Positions 19,317-33,817 are shown, counted from the stretch's first letter. The stretch is DNA of 64,000 nucleotides from Amoebidium appalachense (GCA_963693365.1 CAVNZM010000011.1:1720989-1784988); one strand, 5' to 3'. The notes: a model not told the origin generated them from the letters alone. Made by a program: numbers and translations.

Positions 19317-20167
19317 CCTCCCCATCTCAGTCTTTGTATTTGGTGCAACTATTAAGGCCCACATCATATCGATACGGGATATCATGCTGACTGAAGAATT
19401 CAACAGAATTCTTTCTATTGGGCGGGAAATGCCAAATTAAAAACCTTTATATAATAAGTCATGGTGTGATATCGATGGTTCATTATAATGATGAATTAGG
19501 CCACCTGCTGGTGGAGTGCAACGGTTTCTTTGAGGCAACTGTGAAATACCCACCGGTGGTTGGGATTGATTGAATAAACTTTTGCAAAACAAAACCGGTA
19601 TGCTGACCACATGCTTACCCATCTAACTTATCCCCAGACCAATGCTCGACCCATAATGGTGCAGGTACAAGATGTGCGATGTAACAAAGTCAACACGCGA
19701 TGATATGTCCATGTCCCATATAAACAGGCAGCAAACCAAACACAACACAATCTATGGATTGGACACTGCAAAGACATTTCAACTACCTGCATATTTGGAT
19801 TTACACACATACGCAATACAAACACAAGGAACGCACACTCGTGCACTTTGATGCCCGTGAACACAAGCATATGAGGGGCACGTACCCTGCCATCTTTGCG
19901 TTGCGCACTATATTTGCATACGTGCACACATGCATGCAGCACACGTCATATATGCATATATGTGACTCTAGCAACCAATCAAACGAGACGCTCACTGCAC
20001 GGACATCCTTGGTAGTGCCCAGGTGCATACACAAAGTACGCAATCACACACGCATGCACAGACACACATCACATGTACACATGTACTTACAGAAATACAC
20101 GCTGTGTGGCACCTTAGCAATAACCTCTCCCCCCCCCCCCCCCCCCCCCCCCGGCCAGCCTCCCCCC

Positions 20168-20202
<35 letters not shown>

Positions 20203-21543
20203 CCCCCTCCCCCCCCCCCCCCCCCCCTCTCCCCCTCTCCCCCTCTCACTCCTTCACCCCCTTCCCCCGCCCCCCTTCCCCAGGGGAGACATCTTCACCT
20301 AGCACCCTTCAATCTAAGATAATTCTCCTGGGCCCAAAACAAGCATACCCACACATCATATACTCTGCCGTTGCCTGGACTTGTATACTGTAGTGTGGTG
20401 GCTGCAAAACGGTTGTGTGAGTGGATGGTTGGGGTGGTTCTACGTAGGTATTAGAGCTATCGATCTCGGGATTTCGGGCCTAGTGATGTTTGTCCTGTTT
20501 AGAGAAATGAATCGGCTCTCTATAGCGGTTCGTCCAAGCGTTATGCCGTCCGGTGTGTTTTGATTACATCACCGGGATATTCTTTGTTAAAAGGAAAACC
20601 TACATCAATAACAGGTCCAGGCCCCCCCTGCCTTCTTCCACCCCTCCACCGTCCCCCACCCACACCCCCCCTCACCCCCCGGTCCCCCCCCCCCCTCTCC
20701 TCCCCCCCGCCCCCGCTCCCCCCTCCACCCCAGCCCTTCCACCCCTACATACACGTCCCCCCTGAAGAGGCGAGGTGTGTGTGTGTGCGCGCGTGCATGC
20801 ATGTGCGTGCTCGCCGCGGGCGTGAGCGTGTGTGTGGTGTGTGTGTGTGTGTTGTGGCCAGGCGCAGATTTCAGCGTTATCCACAGTGGTTGTCGAACCA
20901 GCTTTTTCACGTTTTTGCTCGTCGCAGTTTCCAAAGTACTGAGTTTTAACGCATGAACAACTTTATTGCACAAGTTTAGGTGCATTCAACATTACAGAAT
21001 TCTTTTTTAACACTGCAATGCCGATCAACTAAGCACTTCATGTCACTCAACGAGGTTTGGATATACCCGTGCAAACACTTATCAATCAATAAGTACACGT
21101 GTTACGATCATTTTTTTAGTTACACTGTCAGGCTACTGGTCAGAACCTACATTAAAATTTTATATACACAAGCAAAAATATCAACAGATTACACCACTAG
21201 TTTATAGTCTGAACATTGATTGCTTACCCCTACAACTGGGGAATTGAACATTCTTCAATCGAGAGATAATACCTGTCCACAGAATTACTCATAATGCGAA
21301 AGAACAAACAAAAAAGCCCTCATGATTTGGCACCGACCGGCACAGTTAGCCAGCAGACACCATTTCATAATTCTAAAATCACATCTCTAAAAATTCATAT
21401 CTTAATCCTATGCCTGCTACCAGGCTACTCTAAGATCTTTTCTGAACTATACACTACTATACAAGCGCTGCAGTAATGTGTTGGAACACACACTCTCTTG
21501 CCTCGAGCTACTCTCTCTTTGGCCATGTGAAAAAGGCCAACGG

Positions 21544-21852
21544 TCATTCCAACCCGACCCGATAATCGATGGAGCCGACCAGCAAGCAAGACTCCGGCCC
21601 ATTTCCACACACACCCAAGGGTGAGCAACACGGCCTGGGGCTGTTCGGCATGCACTGTGCAGGCTCCTGGTTGTATCCGAGTCGAGCCGACGGGCCGCAG
21701 AGCCCGTCCATCCGTGCGACCCGCAAGTCGATGCTACCTTGAGATGTGCAATGGGCTGGGGTGCCTCCACAATAGCCCTGTGTGGTCGAAGGGTATGTGT
21801 GAGTATCGAGGTAAGACCTTCATTGCAGGCTCTCCGGGGCTGGCGGGGGCCC

Positions 21853-21893
<41 letters not shown>

Positions 21894-22088
21894 GGGGGGG
21901 GGGGGGGATATCACCCATTCACGTGAATATAGTACATAAGGAATACACAAGAGTTTAACACTGCATCACGGTTGCACTCATTAATACACTCGGATGTATG
22001 CCGGCAGGAGCAAAGCTCACCGAAACAATACATAAGCACGTGTCGCATGGGGAGCACGGTGGTGTGTGAGCTTTTTTTTTTTTTTTTT

Positions 22089-22127
<39 letters not shown>

Positions 22128-24070
22128 ATTCTACCTGTGGACTGCAGCAGGGCTCTGAGCTGTGAGGATTACATTGGGCCGTGGGGGTGGACAGCGCGGG
22201 ATAGCCCGGGCCACAGCGCTTATCCGACCGGAAGAGCCTGAATTGGCAAATGTGTGAGTTTTGTGACTGCATTTCTACAGAAACATGGGTAGAAGAGACG
22301 TGTAAGTGTGTGGTGTAGAAGAGGTGATTGGTGGGTGGGGATGTGGGAAGGTTTCACAAGTAAATCTCTGTCGTGCACTAGGCCAACCATACATGCGGTC
22401 ATACCCAAGCGGATAAAATGTTTTCAAGTCATTGCACATACCTGTAGTCCACGGACTCATTAGCAGCGCAGTGCTGCACCGTGCTGCCACAAAACCCATC
22501 GGGGGAGCAGCATGGGGCGGTGCCGTTGCGGTTGCATTCCGATGGCTTTCCATCACTGGTGGGAAATTGAGCGCCACACCTGCAGGATTAAGGATTAGCA
22601 TACATGGGCTAGCCATGAATGAAATGTCTGTGTGTGTGTGTGTGTGTGATGTTGGTGATAGCAGAAGGGGCGGGAGGGAGGGGGCGGGGTTGGGGTTGGG
22701 GGGGGGGGGGGGGGGGGGGAAGAGGGAGAAGAGGAGGATGGGACGGAGGGGGAGGGAGAGGAAGGGCAGGGAGCGTTGGGGGGGGGGGGGGGGAGGGGGG
22801 AGGGGGGAGGGGGATGAAGCATGTCAAATAGTTGGAGATATGACATGAAAACATAGAGGTAGCATTAAATGGACGTGTGCATACTTCTCTTGCATGCACG
22901 TGTGGTAAGAAGAGCAGGGGGAAGGGGTCAAAAGCGGCGGCGGGGGGGGGGGGGGGGGGGGGGGGGGGAGAGGGGGGGGGGGGGAGAGAGAGGGGTTCCC
23001 AACCTTCCATCAGGCCTGTAGGGTGAGTCAACAGTTGCTGCCTCATTGTGGTTGGTTTGAACGGATGATGTGGTGAGGATGGAAGGAGGAAGGGGCGCAG
23101 ACACACAAACACCGGCCGAAGAACAGATGGGCAAGGGACCATTTGGATCGCAATCGTAAATAACGTTGGTGGAATTAATGTTTGTGTTGTTGTTGGTGGC
23201 GTTTGTAATCGCGCTGCTGCTTTTGTGTACGCTTGGCGTACCCGTGCTTGTGCTAACGGGAGCAACGGTGCTGGTTCGAGCGGTGCTGGTGGTGGTGGTG
23301 ATGGTGGTAACAGAAGCAACGGAAGAAGATACCGTAGTGGTTGTGGTGGTGGGTGTGGACAATTCACTCGTCGTATTATTGATGTGGTCAGATGTAGGAG
23401 TGGTGGTGGTAGTGACGTCACTACTGGTGCTGGCAAACTGGGCAGTGGCGGTGGTGGTGACCGAGGAATCAATTGAAGTGGGCAACAATTGGCTAGAAGT
23501 CACGGCGTCCACAGAGGAAGTCAGCGCGTCATTGGTGGAGGTCTCAGCAATTGTTGTGGTGGTGGAAGGGTCGGAAATAGATGAAGATTGCACGCTGGTG
23601 TCGTCAATGTTTCTGGCCACTCGCATGGACCGTGGTGTGCATTTACCATCGGGATGAATATTGAGTACTGGGGCATCCCCCAATACCTGCTGGGGTCTAA
23701 TTTGCGGCGAAGTTTCAATGGCGTAGAGGGTGTAGGTGCGGAGAGCCACCGTGCTCACCCACAGGGCAGTACCAATGGAATTTGGTGCCTTTGAAACCTC
23801 GGGACGACGAAGTGAGCACATGTTGTGTTTGGCGTCAAATAGGAACGAGGTGCAGCCCGGGGTTGCTAGGCAACGGTCTTGGCAGCCAACCAAATCCGTG
23901 CGGAAGGGCACGGAAGCCGTGCTCTGTGACAGAATTTTCGATGCTGTGGGGTCTTCCCGAGGCAGAGCCTGCAAAGGGTTAAAGGGGTTATGGGTCAGAT
24001 ATGGAATTGGGAGGAATGCAGCAGGGAGAAAGGCAGGAAGGAGAGCGAAAGAAGTGCAATTCTACATACA

Positions 24071-24103
<33 letters not shown>

Positions 24104-24924
24104 TTCTTCCCCCCCTTCTCTTTCTACCCCCCCCCCCCCCCCCCCCCCCTCCCCACCCTCCCCCCTTCCCCACACTTCTTCGAGTTGAAGCCAAAGCAGT
24201 GCACTCACCTTGAACTGGGCACAGGCCTTTGTTGTTGCACCCACGCAAGGGTTGCCCCCGTTTGCCGGTGGGTTGCACTTTCTCGTCTGTGTGCCGGTGG
24301 TTGAACCACCAGGGATGACACATGATCCCCAGGGACCCCATGATCCGTGCACAAGATTGATCACGCGGGTGGTGGCTGTGGTGCTGGGACGGAGCATGGC
24401 CTTGGCTAGAACCTGGCGTTATAAATGGTCTATTATTAGAATGTTTTCGAGAAGGATGTAAAATCAAATCTCTGTCTGGAATGTCGTGTTGGTAAAGTAC
24501 TGAAAGTGGGATCGTGGGAGGTACTATATTTTAATGTGTACTTTGGTGGGGTCTTAAGTTAGAATGTTGTGTTTGCAGCTCAAGGGAGAGGAGGGAGGGG
24601 GAAGGGAAAGGGCCGGGCGGGGAGAGGGGAGGGGGTTTTTTAGGGGGGGGGGGGGGGGTTTCGGTGGGGTGGGGAGTGAGGATGCAAACAGACAACTTAC
24701 GCTTCTGAGATAGCAGTCAGTTGCTGTCGACACGACCGCGTTGCATTTCATATTCGCTGCACAGGCAGCCATGCAGCGGTTCAAATCCCACGTTGTGGAA
24801 TAGACCCCCCCGGATAGATTTGCAGCAGACACGGTGGTGCGTGTGAGGGTGGTCCACCCTACAATGAGTGGGTTTGACTCCGGTTAGCAGAATGTGCTTG
24901 GGTCTGCTCATTTATTCGTGAACT

Positions 24925-24964
<40 letters not shown>

Positions 24965-26510
24965 GTCAACAAAGAGAAATACAAGGATAGTGAGGATACA
25001 GGCAAAATCATTCTGGAAAAACTTTGACGAGGTGGAGGGAAATGGGTAGAGTGGGAAGGGAAAAGAACATGGGAGAAGGGAAGGGAGGGGGGGGGGAGGG
25101 GGGAAGGAGAGGGGGGTTCCTTACTAACACATCGGACATTTGAGTTGCAGGCTCTAGATGCAGGACCAATGCACGGTGTGCCCCCATTTGCCGGCTGGGG
25201 GTTTGTGCAAGTTCGCTTTTGGACCCCCCCTGTACATGTGCTGCTGCACGAGCCCCAGTTGCTCCACCCACCGTGGATGGCGGAAACTGCGGGTGGGGGG
25301 GGGGGGGGGGGGGTCAGAAGCGGAAATTCAACAGGTTAAGTAAAATCCCCTCCCCGGTATATCTCCTCCCATGATACAAAAAAAAAAAAAATAACTGCGG
25401 TTGGCAAACAGCCGGGAGGGGAAGAAGGGGGAGGGGGGACGCGGGGGGGGTTGTTTACGAGTCCAGATGTGCACCGCGGGAGCAGGGGAGAAGGGGGGGG
25501 GGGGGGGAGGGGGGGGGGGGGGGGGTCAGCTGTCGAAAAATGCATGGATGAGGTAGCTTTTTTTCCTCTAGGTCCTAGTGCTGAAAGTCGTACGCGGAGG
25601 AACGAGGGGATACATGGAAAAAAGCGCGAGAAGGAAACAGAGGCCAAGAACTTACCAACGGAGTATGTTGTGACTCCCGGGGCAGCCACGAGTTGCACGG
25701 TTGGGGGGGCAGTATAAAGTGTGCACTGGGGGAAAGAAAATGCCGTGCACTGGGCATTGGCTCCGCACGCTCTCTTACAATTGGCCAGATCTAGAGGAGG
25801 GTTGAAGGTTTTGGGAAGAACATAGCCCGAGATCTTGTAGTTGGCACGGGCCGACCAGTTGACCGTTTCTGATTGGTTCGACAGGTCCGGTCAGTGAACA
25901 AGCCTAGGTCGTGAAAATGAGTCCAAATAAATTTATTTTGTATGCACCGAATGCCACGGCAACAACAGAAAACAACCTGCCTGTATTCCTAATAGTGATA
26001 GTGGGGAAGGGGAGGGCTTGGCGCGAGGGGGGGGGAGGGGGGGGGGGGGGGGGGGGAGGGCAAGGTCCTGAATTGTGGGGGAAGGGGTTACTGGAATTTT
26101 TTTTTTTTTTTTTTTAAAGGAGGGGGGGGGAGGGGTTGGGGGGGGGGGGAGCTAATGGTGAATATGGTGTGTGTGTGTGTGTGTGTGTGTGTTTTGTTGG
26201 TGCTGATTTTACCTGGCAGTGGGCAGTTGTACCAGCCCCCCCTGCCGTTGTCCACCACCATGGTCAGGCCCAGGCTGGCCGCCTCGGCGCACTTCTGGCT
26301 GTTGGCAAAGCTGGGTGTGTACTCGGCCGCATACACTGGCTGCCAATCAGAACTGGTTAGCACTAGCCTTGTATGGTGTGGTGTCCCTCTCACCGGAAGT
26401 TCTCAAGAGCATGCATGTCTTTTGTAATTCTAGAGCCCAACTCAATTCCTTGTGCTCTGTGACGCTCGAAGTGGCGCGGATGTGTGGGTAAGTGGGTTTG
26501 TGGGGTGGGT

Positions 26511-26554
<44 letters not shown>

Positions 26555-26808
26555 GTGTGTGTTGGGTGTGTGTTCAATACCTTCCCCTGTGCCGGAAATG
26601 CGCCGTACAGATCGCACTCATCATAGCGCATGCATTCCTCCACAACGGCAAAGTCATAGTGCGCCACAAGTTCGTTCACTTGGTCTCCATCGTTCTGTTC
26701 GGGGCAAATGAAATATGTTAGTGTTGTGACGGTAATGTGTGGGGATTCAAAACTAGGAGTTTTCCTTTTTTCTTTCTTTTCTTCTTTTTTTTTCTTTTGT
26801 AGGGGCGG

Positions 26809-26847
<39 letters not shown>

Positions 26848-27378
26848 TGCTTAGGTCCAAATGCCCATCCCAAACGCAAAAACTAATCTGAAAGAGCTGA
26901 GGACAATGTGCTACAGTTGTGATCATCTTTAAGTGCACCCACCAGTAGTCTTACCACGCACCTTTAAGGCTGCAGCCAAGCCCAGGCTCCTAGCAGCCCC
27001 AGCCAGCCAGATGTTGTATGTGAGCTGGGCCTTTCGCAGAACATCGCCATAGGCAGGTAGGCCGGTCACACAGTTATTCTGGGGGGGTGTATGTGAGCTT
27101 GAGCGAGTGTCTGGGTTCAGGAGTCGGGGGTGAGAGGTGCTGAGGGGTGGTACCCGTGGTGTGTTTGTGTTTGTGTACATTTTTAGCAGCGTGGGGTGGG
27201 GTGAGGGGGGGAGGGGGCTGGGGGGGAGAGGGTTCAAAACGGGTGTAGAAAACCAAAAGACCAACACACGTGGGCAAGGAAACAACCGAAATGATTTGAA
27301 GTCGTTCGGGGGAGAGGGGATGGGTCTGGAAAAGGGTAGGTTGGGTGTGTGGGTGGGTGGGTGGGTGGAGGGTGGGGT

Positions 27379-27431
<53 letters not shown>

Positions 27432-28838
27432 TGGACACTTACACTCCAGCAATCGACATTGTCAAACTCCACGGCATTACATCCCTTTTGCTGCGCCAAT
27501 TTCATACGTGCAAGCATGACCTTTTGCAGGGCTGCGAGTTGGCGGATATCCAGCCACCTATAAGAGGTTAAAGGTTTATCCGGTCAGATATTTTCTACTT
27601 GCTATTCAGCCTTTTTTAGCTGTCTTATATCGTGGTGGGGTGCGTGTTTTGTTGTTTTTATTTTGAGGAAACAGTTCTCAAATTACATTTAAACCTAGCT
27701 AATCGACCCCATCATTGGTGCGGGAGGATGCAAGCAGGAAAAAAAAAAAAAAAAAAAAAAAGTAAAAAAGAAAAAAAAAGAGAAAAAAAAAGGAGGCATT
27801 TGATCAAGTACCCCCCGAGGGGGGGGGGGGGGGGGGGGAGGGGGGGGACACCGACATCACCTAGCACCCTTAAGCACATAAGCTCTCTATACCGTAACCC
27901 ATTCATAACATACACTAACTGATCTTTAGGCCTTCAGACAAAACCCCCTTAAAATTTCAATTGTTACGAAGCTTTCCATACCTTTCATCCCACCCGTCCA
28001 TCTTCAGTCCCAGCAGTGCGGCTGGGAATGCAGCTGCATCTGGCCTCCACGCCTCATAGCTGCCGGCAGAAAAGTAGCACGTGACTATCTTGCCTTGGGC
28101 CTTGTACGAGCCAATCGTTGATGCCGCATTGTCGAATAGATCTACTTGCACCTGTACACATGGGGTGGTGAGTGGGAGATCTAGAACGTGTGGTGCCGTG
28201 GTGTGTGTGTGTGTGTGTGTGTTTATGTTTAGGAGTGCTTTTGCGTGTCTGGGTGCACGTGTATGTACATGCACGCCAGCGTATAGCAATTGCTAGGGCG
28301 TTTCTGAAAAACCCGCCAACACTGGCTCTTGCCACCAGTCCTATATTTTCTGCATGTGCGGAAAAATTCCGCGGCCGCCCCATATGTATATGTGGGTGTG
28401 GATGTGGGGGTGTGTGCAATATGTGTGCATGGCAGGGTGAAGGGAGGGGAAGCAAACTGGGTTGAGGTGCTGACCTACTGCGGAGGCACGTCCCAAGTTA
28501 GAGACATGAACAAACGGGATCCACACGAGACAAGGCATCCCAATCGAGAATGAAATGGGCCAGGAGCCAGGGGTGGGGGAGGGGGTGGAGTGAGGTGGTG
28601 GTGGTGGTGATGATGATGGTGGTGGTGGTGGAGAGGGAGACGGGGGGGGGGGGGGGGGGGGGGGGGGTTACCATCTGCATAACGGCTGTCGGTACGATAT
28701 CTTGGCACAATGTGCTGTCTCCATTGTACTCGGGGCACCAGGCACGGTTGGCCCACTGGGAGAGGACAAAACATTTGAGTGGGTGAGGGGGAAAGAACGT
28801 GGCCAATGTTCGATGAATGCGTGTGTGTGTGCGTGTGT

Positions 28839-28890
<52 letters not shown>

Positions 28891-29175
28891 CCGAGAGGAC
28901 TCAAAATAAAACATGTTCAAGGGCACTCTCGCCTGATTTCTTTCGGCAACACTAGCACTAGTGTGAAGGTGATTTAATATTTGGTTTGCTAGGACAGCTC
29001 GTGGAAAACTAATGTCATTTCGGTTAGGCGGCCATATAGAAGGTAGAAAATGTGATCTTATAATGAGGTTTAGTGCCTTTGGTATGTGCATACTTTGTTT
29101 GAGACTCAGAAGTGGTGGATCGTGCGTTCTTTTGCGCGAGAAATCAGGGGTCCATGAATACGTGTACACGATTTT

Positions 29176-29220
<45 letters not shown>

Positions 29221-29329
29221 GGGGGGGGGGAGGGAGGTTGGTTACCGTGGTCATAGCACGAGGTGTGGTGTAGTAAGTACCACTCACAGTACTAGCCATG
29301 AGAGCTAACAAAGAAAGAGACCAAGCCAT
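21544..29329 (-). CDS. Secreted multidomain glycoside hydrolase family 114 (endo-alpha-1,4-polygalactosaminidase-like) + PAN/Apple + TSP1 + PAN + TSP1 + PAN + Thr/Ser linker + 3 hevein-like Cys modules; 15 exons: 29329-29246, 28755-28672, 28151-27982, 27557-27443, 27078-26962, 26694-26581, 26339-26213, 25868-25656, 25286-25125, 24858-24701, 24412-24209, 23968-23004, 22579-22442, 22237-22135, 21777-21544
   Basis: Signal peptide [19 protein letters not shown]114 motifs [54 protein letters not shown] and [12 protein letters not shown]1 motifs [18 protein letters not shown] and [17 protein letters not shown]-type CxxxC-x4-C-x-F repeats. R.DxRCG...C...PCCS..G.CG modules. Phase-consistent GT-AG introns throughout. 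Confidence 0.88.
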
Positions 29330-30499
29330 CCGGCCAGGGTTTCCGTTGAGCAGGGCACTCACGATCATTTTTGCTGTAAGTTTTTCCTACTTGCTTGCTC
29401 CTGTCTGTTCGTGTGAATCAATGTAGGTGTCGTCTCCGTGGCTCCCCATAGCACGTGTTACCATAGATACACAGTAATCCCTGCACCTGTTCAAAAGCCA
29501 GAACACGATTGCACTGTGGGAACTAACTATCAGTTATAAAAAAACCCGTGAGTCTATTTGTGTGACCAAACGGTGGCTGTTTTTCAGCACTGCACACGTT
29601 TTCTGTGTAGCCAAGGTCCCCTTCTGAAAGTACATGTAGAAATAAACGAGGCTCTCTCTGTTTTGGTGTCTAGAGTCGATTTCCATTGGATGCAAACACA
29701 ATTGGGACACAAATTGCCCGAAACTCAGTGTCTCAAGTCACAGACTTCCAAATCCAAGTGATAGGGTGGAGCCGGTTCGTACACACGCATGAAGTAATGC
29801 AGTCCGGAGCTTGTACGTGTGTGTGGTATATGTATAGAGCTGCATTTTATAGGGTGCGCTCGTGAGTAGTGATATACCTTTCATACGAATTCGGTGGGCT
29901 GGTTGGAAAAGTTAGACGGAAAAGATGTTTGGTTGGTGGGGATGGTGGCTTGCATGATGCTAATATCAGGCGGCAACTAGGCATCTGGGCCGCGCCGCGG
30001 CCACACTCGGCCTTTATCGCCACATGCCACACCCGTGTACAAGATGATAGTCGTGCTCCTCAGAAAAGAGAAACATATATTGGCCCTGGCTAGCTGGTCA
30101 GAATTCCTCAATAAACTGCGTGCACCTGATGATTTGGCCAAAATGTTTCTTTTAAGCATCTATCAACCATATACGCACATGTATGATAGGCTAATAGCGA
30201 CCCAGGTGCATGTTACTAACAAACACTAATTGAACTTCACTACAAAGATGTTGTGCGGGCATCAGGAATGCGCGGAATGCAGGCAGAAGCCGACACAGAT
30301 TTTGATTGGATAAGTTTACTACTTTGGGGCAGGCCCCGGCATTACGTTTGTTTCAGCAACTCTTTCCATACCCACACGACATAAAAGTCGAACGAACAGT
30401 TCTTCTAATTGACTTCTCATATAGTTTCATTGAAATACATACAACCATAAGGTAAAAGCCACATAGACTTCATAAACTATTTGTGTATAATAAGTACAG

Positions 30500-32215
30500 T
30501 ATCAATCTATTCTTCACATACACCCATGCCAATCCGCTTTTCGTAAAAACAATTCATGTTATGTTCAAATAATGGCACTGCACGATTCTATGCAAGTTGG
30601 TGCACAATATGTTGGCTTTATTGATTGGAAAACTGCTTACGATTCTGTCTCCCCTGGTCTCCTATGGGAAAAGCTTGCTGCACGGGGTGTACCACACTGC
30701 ATTGGTGTTCTGTTAGAAGCACTCTTGTCTCAAACCTATGGTAGAGCTGTGGTTAATGGGCATCTTTCATATGGTTTTGCTCGTACTAGAGGTCTCTTGC
30801 AGGGTTCATTGCTTAGCCCCTTTTTGTTTAACCTATTTATAGATGATTTGGCTGTCAAGATTTACGCCGAAAACGATGACCCTATTAATAACTTTCCGCC
30901 TGCACTTCTCTATGCTGATGATCTGTCCCTCCTTGCCCGTACCCCTAGACGCCTGCAAAGATTGTTCGATGTAGTGTCAGAGTGGTGCAAGGCAAACCTT
31001 ATGATCCTTAACATAGACAAATGTGGTGTTCTTGTACCTGATATAGCTAACAATTTACACACATTTACATTATCATCTAAACCTGTACCTATAGTTCCAG
31101 AATACAAATATCTTGGTGTTCCGGTTGATTCTGTTGGTGTTATGTTTCCCCATATGGTCGAAAAGAGGGTAGAGTTGGCTCGTAAGCGGTTAGCTTTCTT
31201 CTCGGCTAATATTTTTAAAGACACACCCCTCCATCCTTCTATTAGACTTACATTTATTCGCACTTTTGTCTTCCCGGCATGTGAATATGGTTTACCCCCT
31301 TCTCGCCGCTTGGATCAAGAAAGAGAGAACTAGAGCGCTTAAACCCTTGGCAAATTTCCTTGAAGCAGAAGTTGCCTCCTTTCTATCTAACAACTGTTGT
31401 AAACCTGGGCCTGTAACGCTCTCGATATATGGTCTGGTCCCAATAGCTGCTAGAGTATCCTATCTCGCGCTGAAATTCAATAAGCACATAAGCCGCTTAA
31501 AGAAGTATTTGCCCTCCCACCCTCTCTTCTCTATCCGACCTGTCCCCTCCTCACCTCTCCCCTCTTTCCTCCCCTCTCTCTCCCCTTCTCCCCTGGGCAC
31601 AAATACAAATAAACCCCGCAATAGTGTGTGTGTGACTTTGGACTGCCACTTACTTATTAAACATGTACACAATCACAAGATAATCACGCAATATAACAAA
31701 TGGAAAAAGATACCACACGACACTAGACCCGATGAAAGCATACACCTTGAAAAACTAAGCCTTATGTCTCGTTTTATATATACTGACCGCCTCAACCATA
31801 TTGCCAAATATGGCACTCGCAAGTGTATAACACCTAAATACATATTACCTTCCTGTAGAACTGGTCTTTCTCTAGCTGATGGTATTATTGATCAATTACC
31901 ACGCTTTTACTGTACACGTGCTATACAGTGGAGATCTAATAAGTATAAGGTGGCATCATTTGCATGCCCAAACAACACACACACACACCAGTTTAACCGG
32001 TCATGTATCGCCAAATGTAGTTTGATAGACCACATAATACCGCAACACACACACGTCACATTCACAACAGACACCCAGAAAGATAGCCTACCTGTAAATT
32101 ACAACATCCTTGATTTTATACTAAACACGCGTAACTACGACCTGTTTATTAGATGTATTGATTGGCTTGAGAAACACATCACTACAAAATTATAGCGCAC
32201 GCGCACACACACACA

Positions 32216-32262
<47 letters not shown>

Positions 32263-32294
32263 CCAGCTGATACCGAGTGTCCCGAGGGGAGCCC

Positions 32295-32344
<50 letters not shown>
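30500..32344 (+). mobile_element. 5'-truncated non-LTR retrotransposon (reverse transcriptase + C-terminal Cys/His region), one frameshift near 31290-31300, (CA)n 3' UTR and poly-A tail
   Basis: RT motifs QSAFRK, DWKTAYDSV, GLLQGSLLSPFLFNLFIDDL, LLYADDL, LNIDKC and YKYLGV. The frame continues in ORF 31266-32195 (WR..CP..H.FNRSC..C..ILDFILN). A ~45-nt A-run lies at 32299-32344. No endonuclease domain is visible upstream. Confidence 0.9.
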
Positions 32345-32345
<1 letters not shown>

Positions 32346-32540
32346 GGGGAACCCCAACTAATTGATTTCTCCTTGTAGTCTTTATGGTGTCTCGTAGAGA
32401 AAGTAAACCCTGATATATAGTCACCACCCGACATCTATGTACGTGATCATGATATACCGCTGAGGGGATATTCCGAGCAAACCCCCCCCCCCTACCTGAG
32501 ACTGGTTCTCTTTGCCTCGAGTAAACAGCGTAAACCCCCT
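32343..32540 (+). repeat. ~200-bp dispersed repeat, second copy at ~40821-41015
   Basis: GGGAACCCCAACTAATTGATTT...GTAAACAGCGTAAACCCCCTA is nearly identical at both sites, each directly after a long A-run. Confidence 0.85.
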
Positions 32541-33743
32541 ACAGTATGTAGGAGCTGTGGTTAATCTGGCGATCCGATCATTCCGATGACGTAACGATAT
32601 AGTATAACAAAATAAGGAAACCAATGAAATCAGGTTGTGTATTTTAGTCTGCCTAATATCACACTCCGAATTTAGTCCAACCATGGATTATGGCATAACT
32701 AACGGTTCTCAATCTGACGAGCTACGGACAGCCCACGGAAAACGTGCGAGTCGACGTCACAGAGTCACACTCACCACTGGCCGGCCGCTCCGGCCAGCTG
32801 AGGCTGGCAGTTTCATGCCCTGGGTGGTCCCTGGGTGGTCCAGGCTCAGTCCGCAGCCTGCAGCTGCAGGGCCCTGCGGCGCTTTTCGAGCGAAGTGCGG
32901 ATGCCACAAGCGCATGACACTTCGGCATCGAGCAGCTGCAATGGCATACACACGCGCGCACACAAAGACATGCGTGCAAAACAGGAACAGGCATAAATGC
33001 ACACCTCAGCGTGCTCACATCGAACGAATTCGAAGGCCAATGCACCGTACATATGAAATCTGTGCACAAAGCATCCTTTCATCTGTATGCTATCTCGTAC
33101 TAATTGACACATATGAAATGCATACACCAATCAAATGCGACCAAATATTTACACCGCTGCAATTTGCTATGTGTCACGAAGCGACATGCGCCAACTTTTG
33201 CGCAACGCACTTACGCAAAGCCTTCAACTGCCTGCCATTGTAAAAGGATCTTTTTTTTTTTTTTTTTTTTTGCCCCTAGGCCTCGAAACACAGCGGTCTT
33301 CCGCATTCACACTTCGAGGTTATCTTTTGAAACAAACAATAGAAACAAGGGAACAGGTGATGCTATTCAAGAATGGAGAGCGCGACCGGCCGATCAGCCC
33401 AGGAGCATGAGGCTAACGCTGTTTGTGCAAGGCGGCTTCAGAGAAAACACACCCACAAACACGCGCACAAACACATTCACCCTCTAACCAGGCTATTTCT
33501 CGGAGTTCTGCCCGAAGCCTATTGGGTTGCCAAGGGCATATGTACAAGTGTGATGCTTGAAAGATGGGTGATATTTATTCGTTAGCACTCAAACAGTTGG
33601 GGCCCTTCGCGTCCACACATCCACTTAAAAGCTCGACGTCGGTACCCTCACACACATGCACACGAATATGCACGCGCATATACACTGTGACGTCAACACA
33701 TACACAGCACACACACAGACACACGTTCAGCTGTGTACGTGTT

Positions 33744-33817
<74 letters not shown>

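Noticed and set aside
29847-30229. Short ORFs upstream of the RT as the 5' part of the retrotransposon
   Set aside because: No endonuclease or ORF1 motifs are recognisable and the frames are interrupted, so they cannot be assigned.
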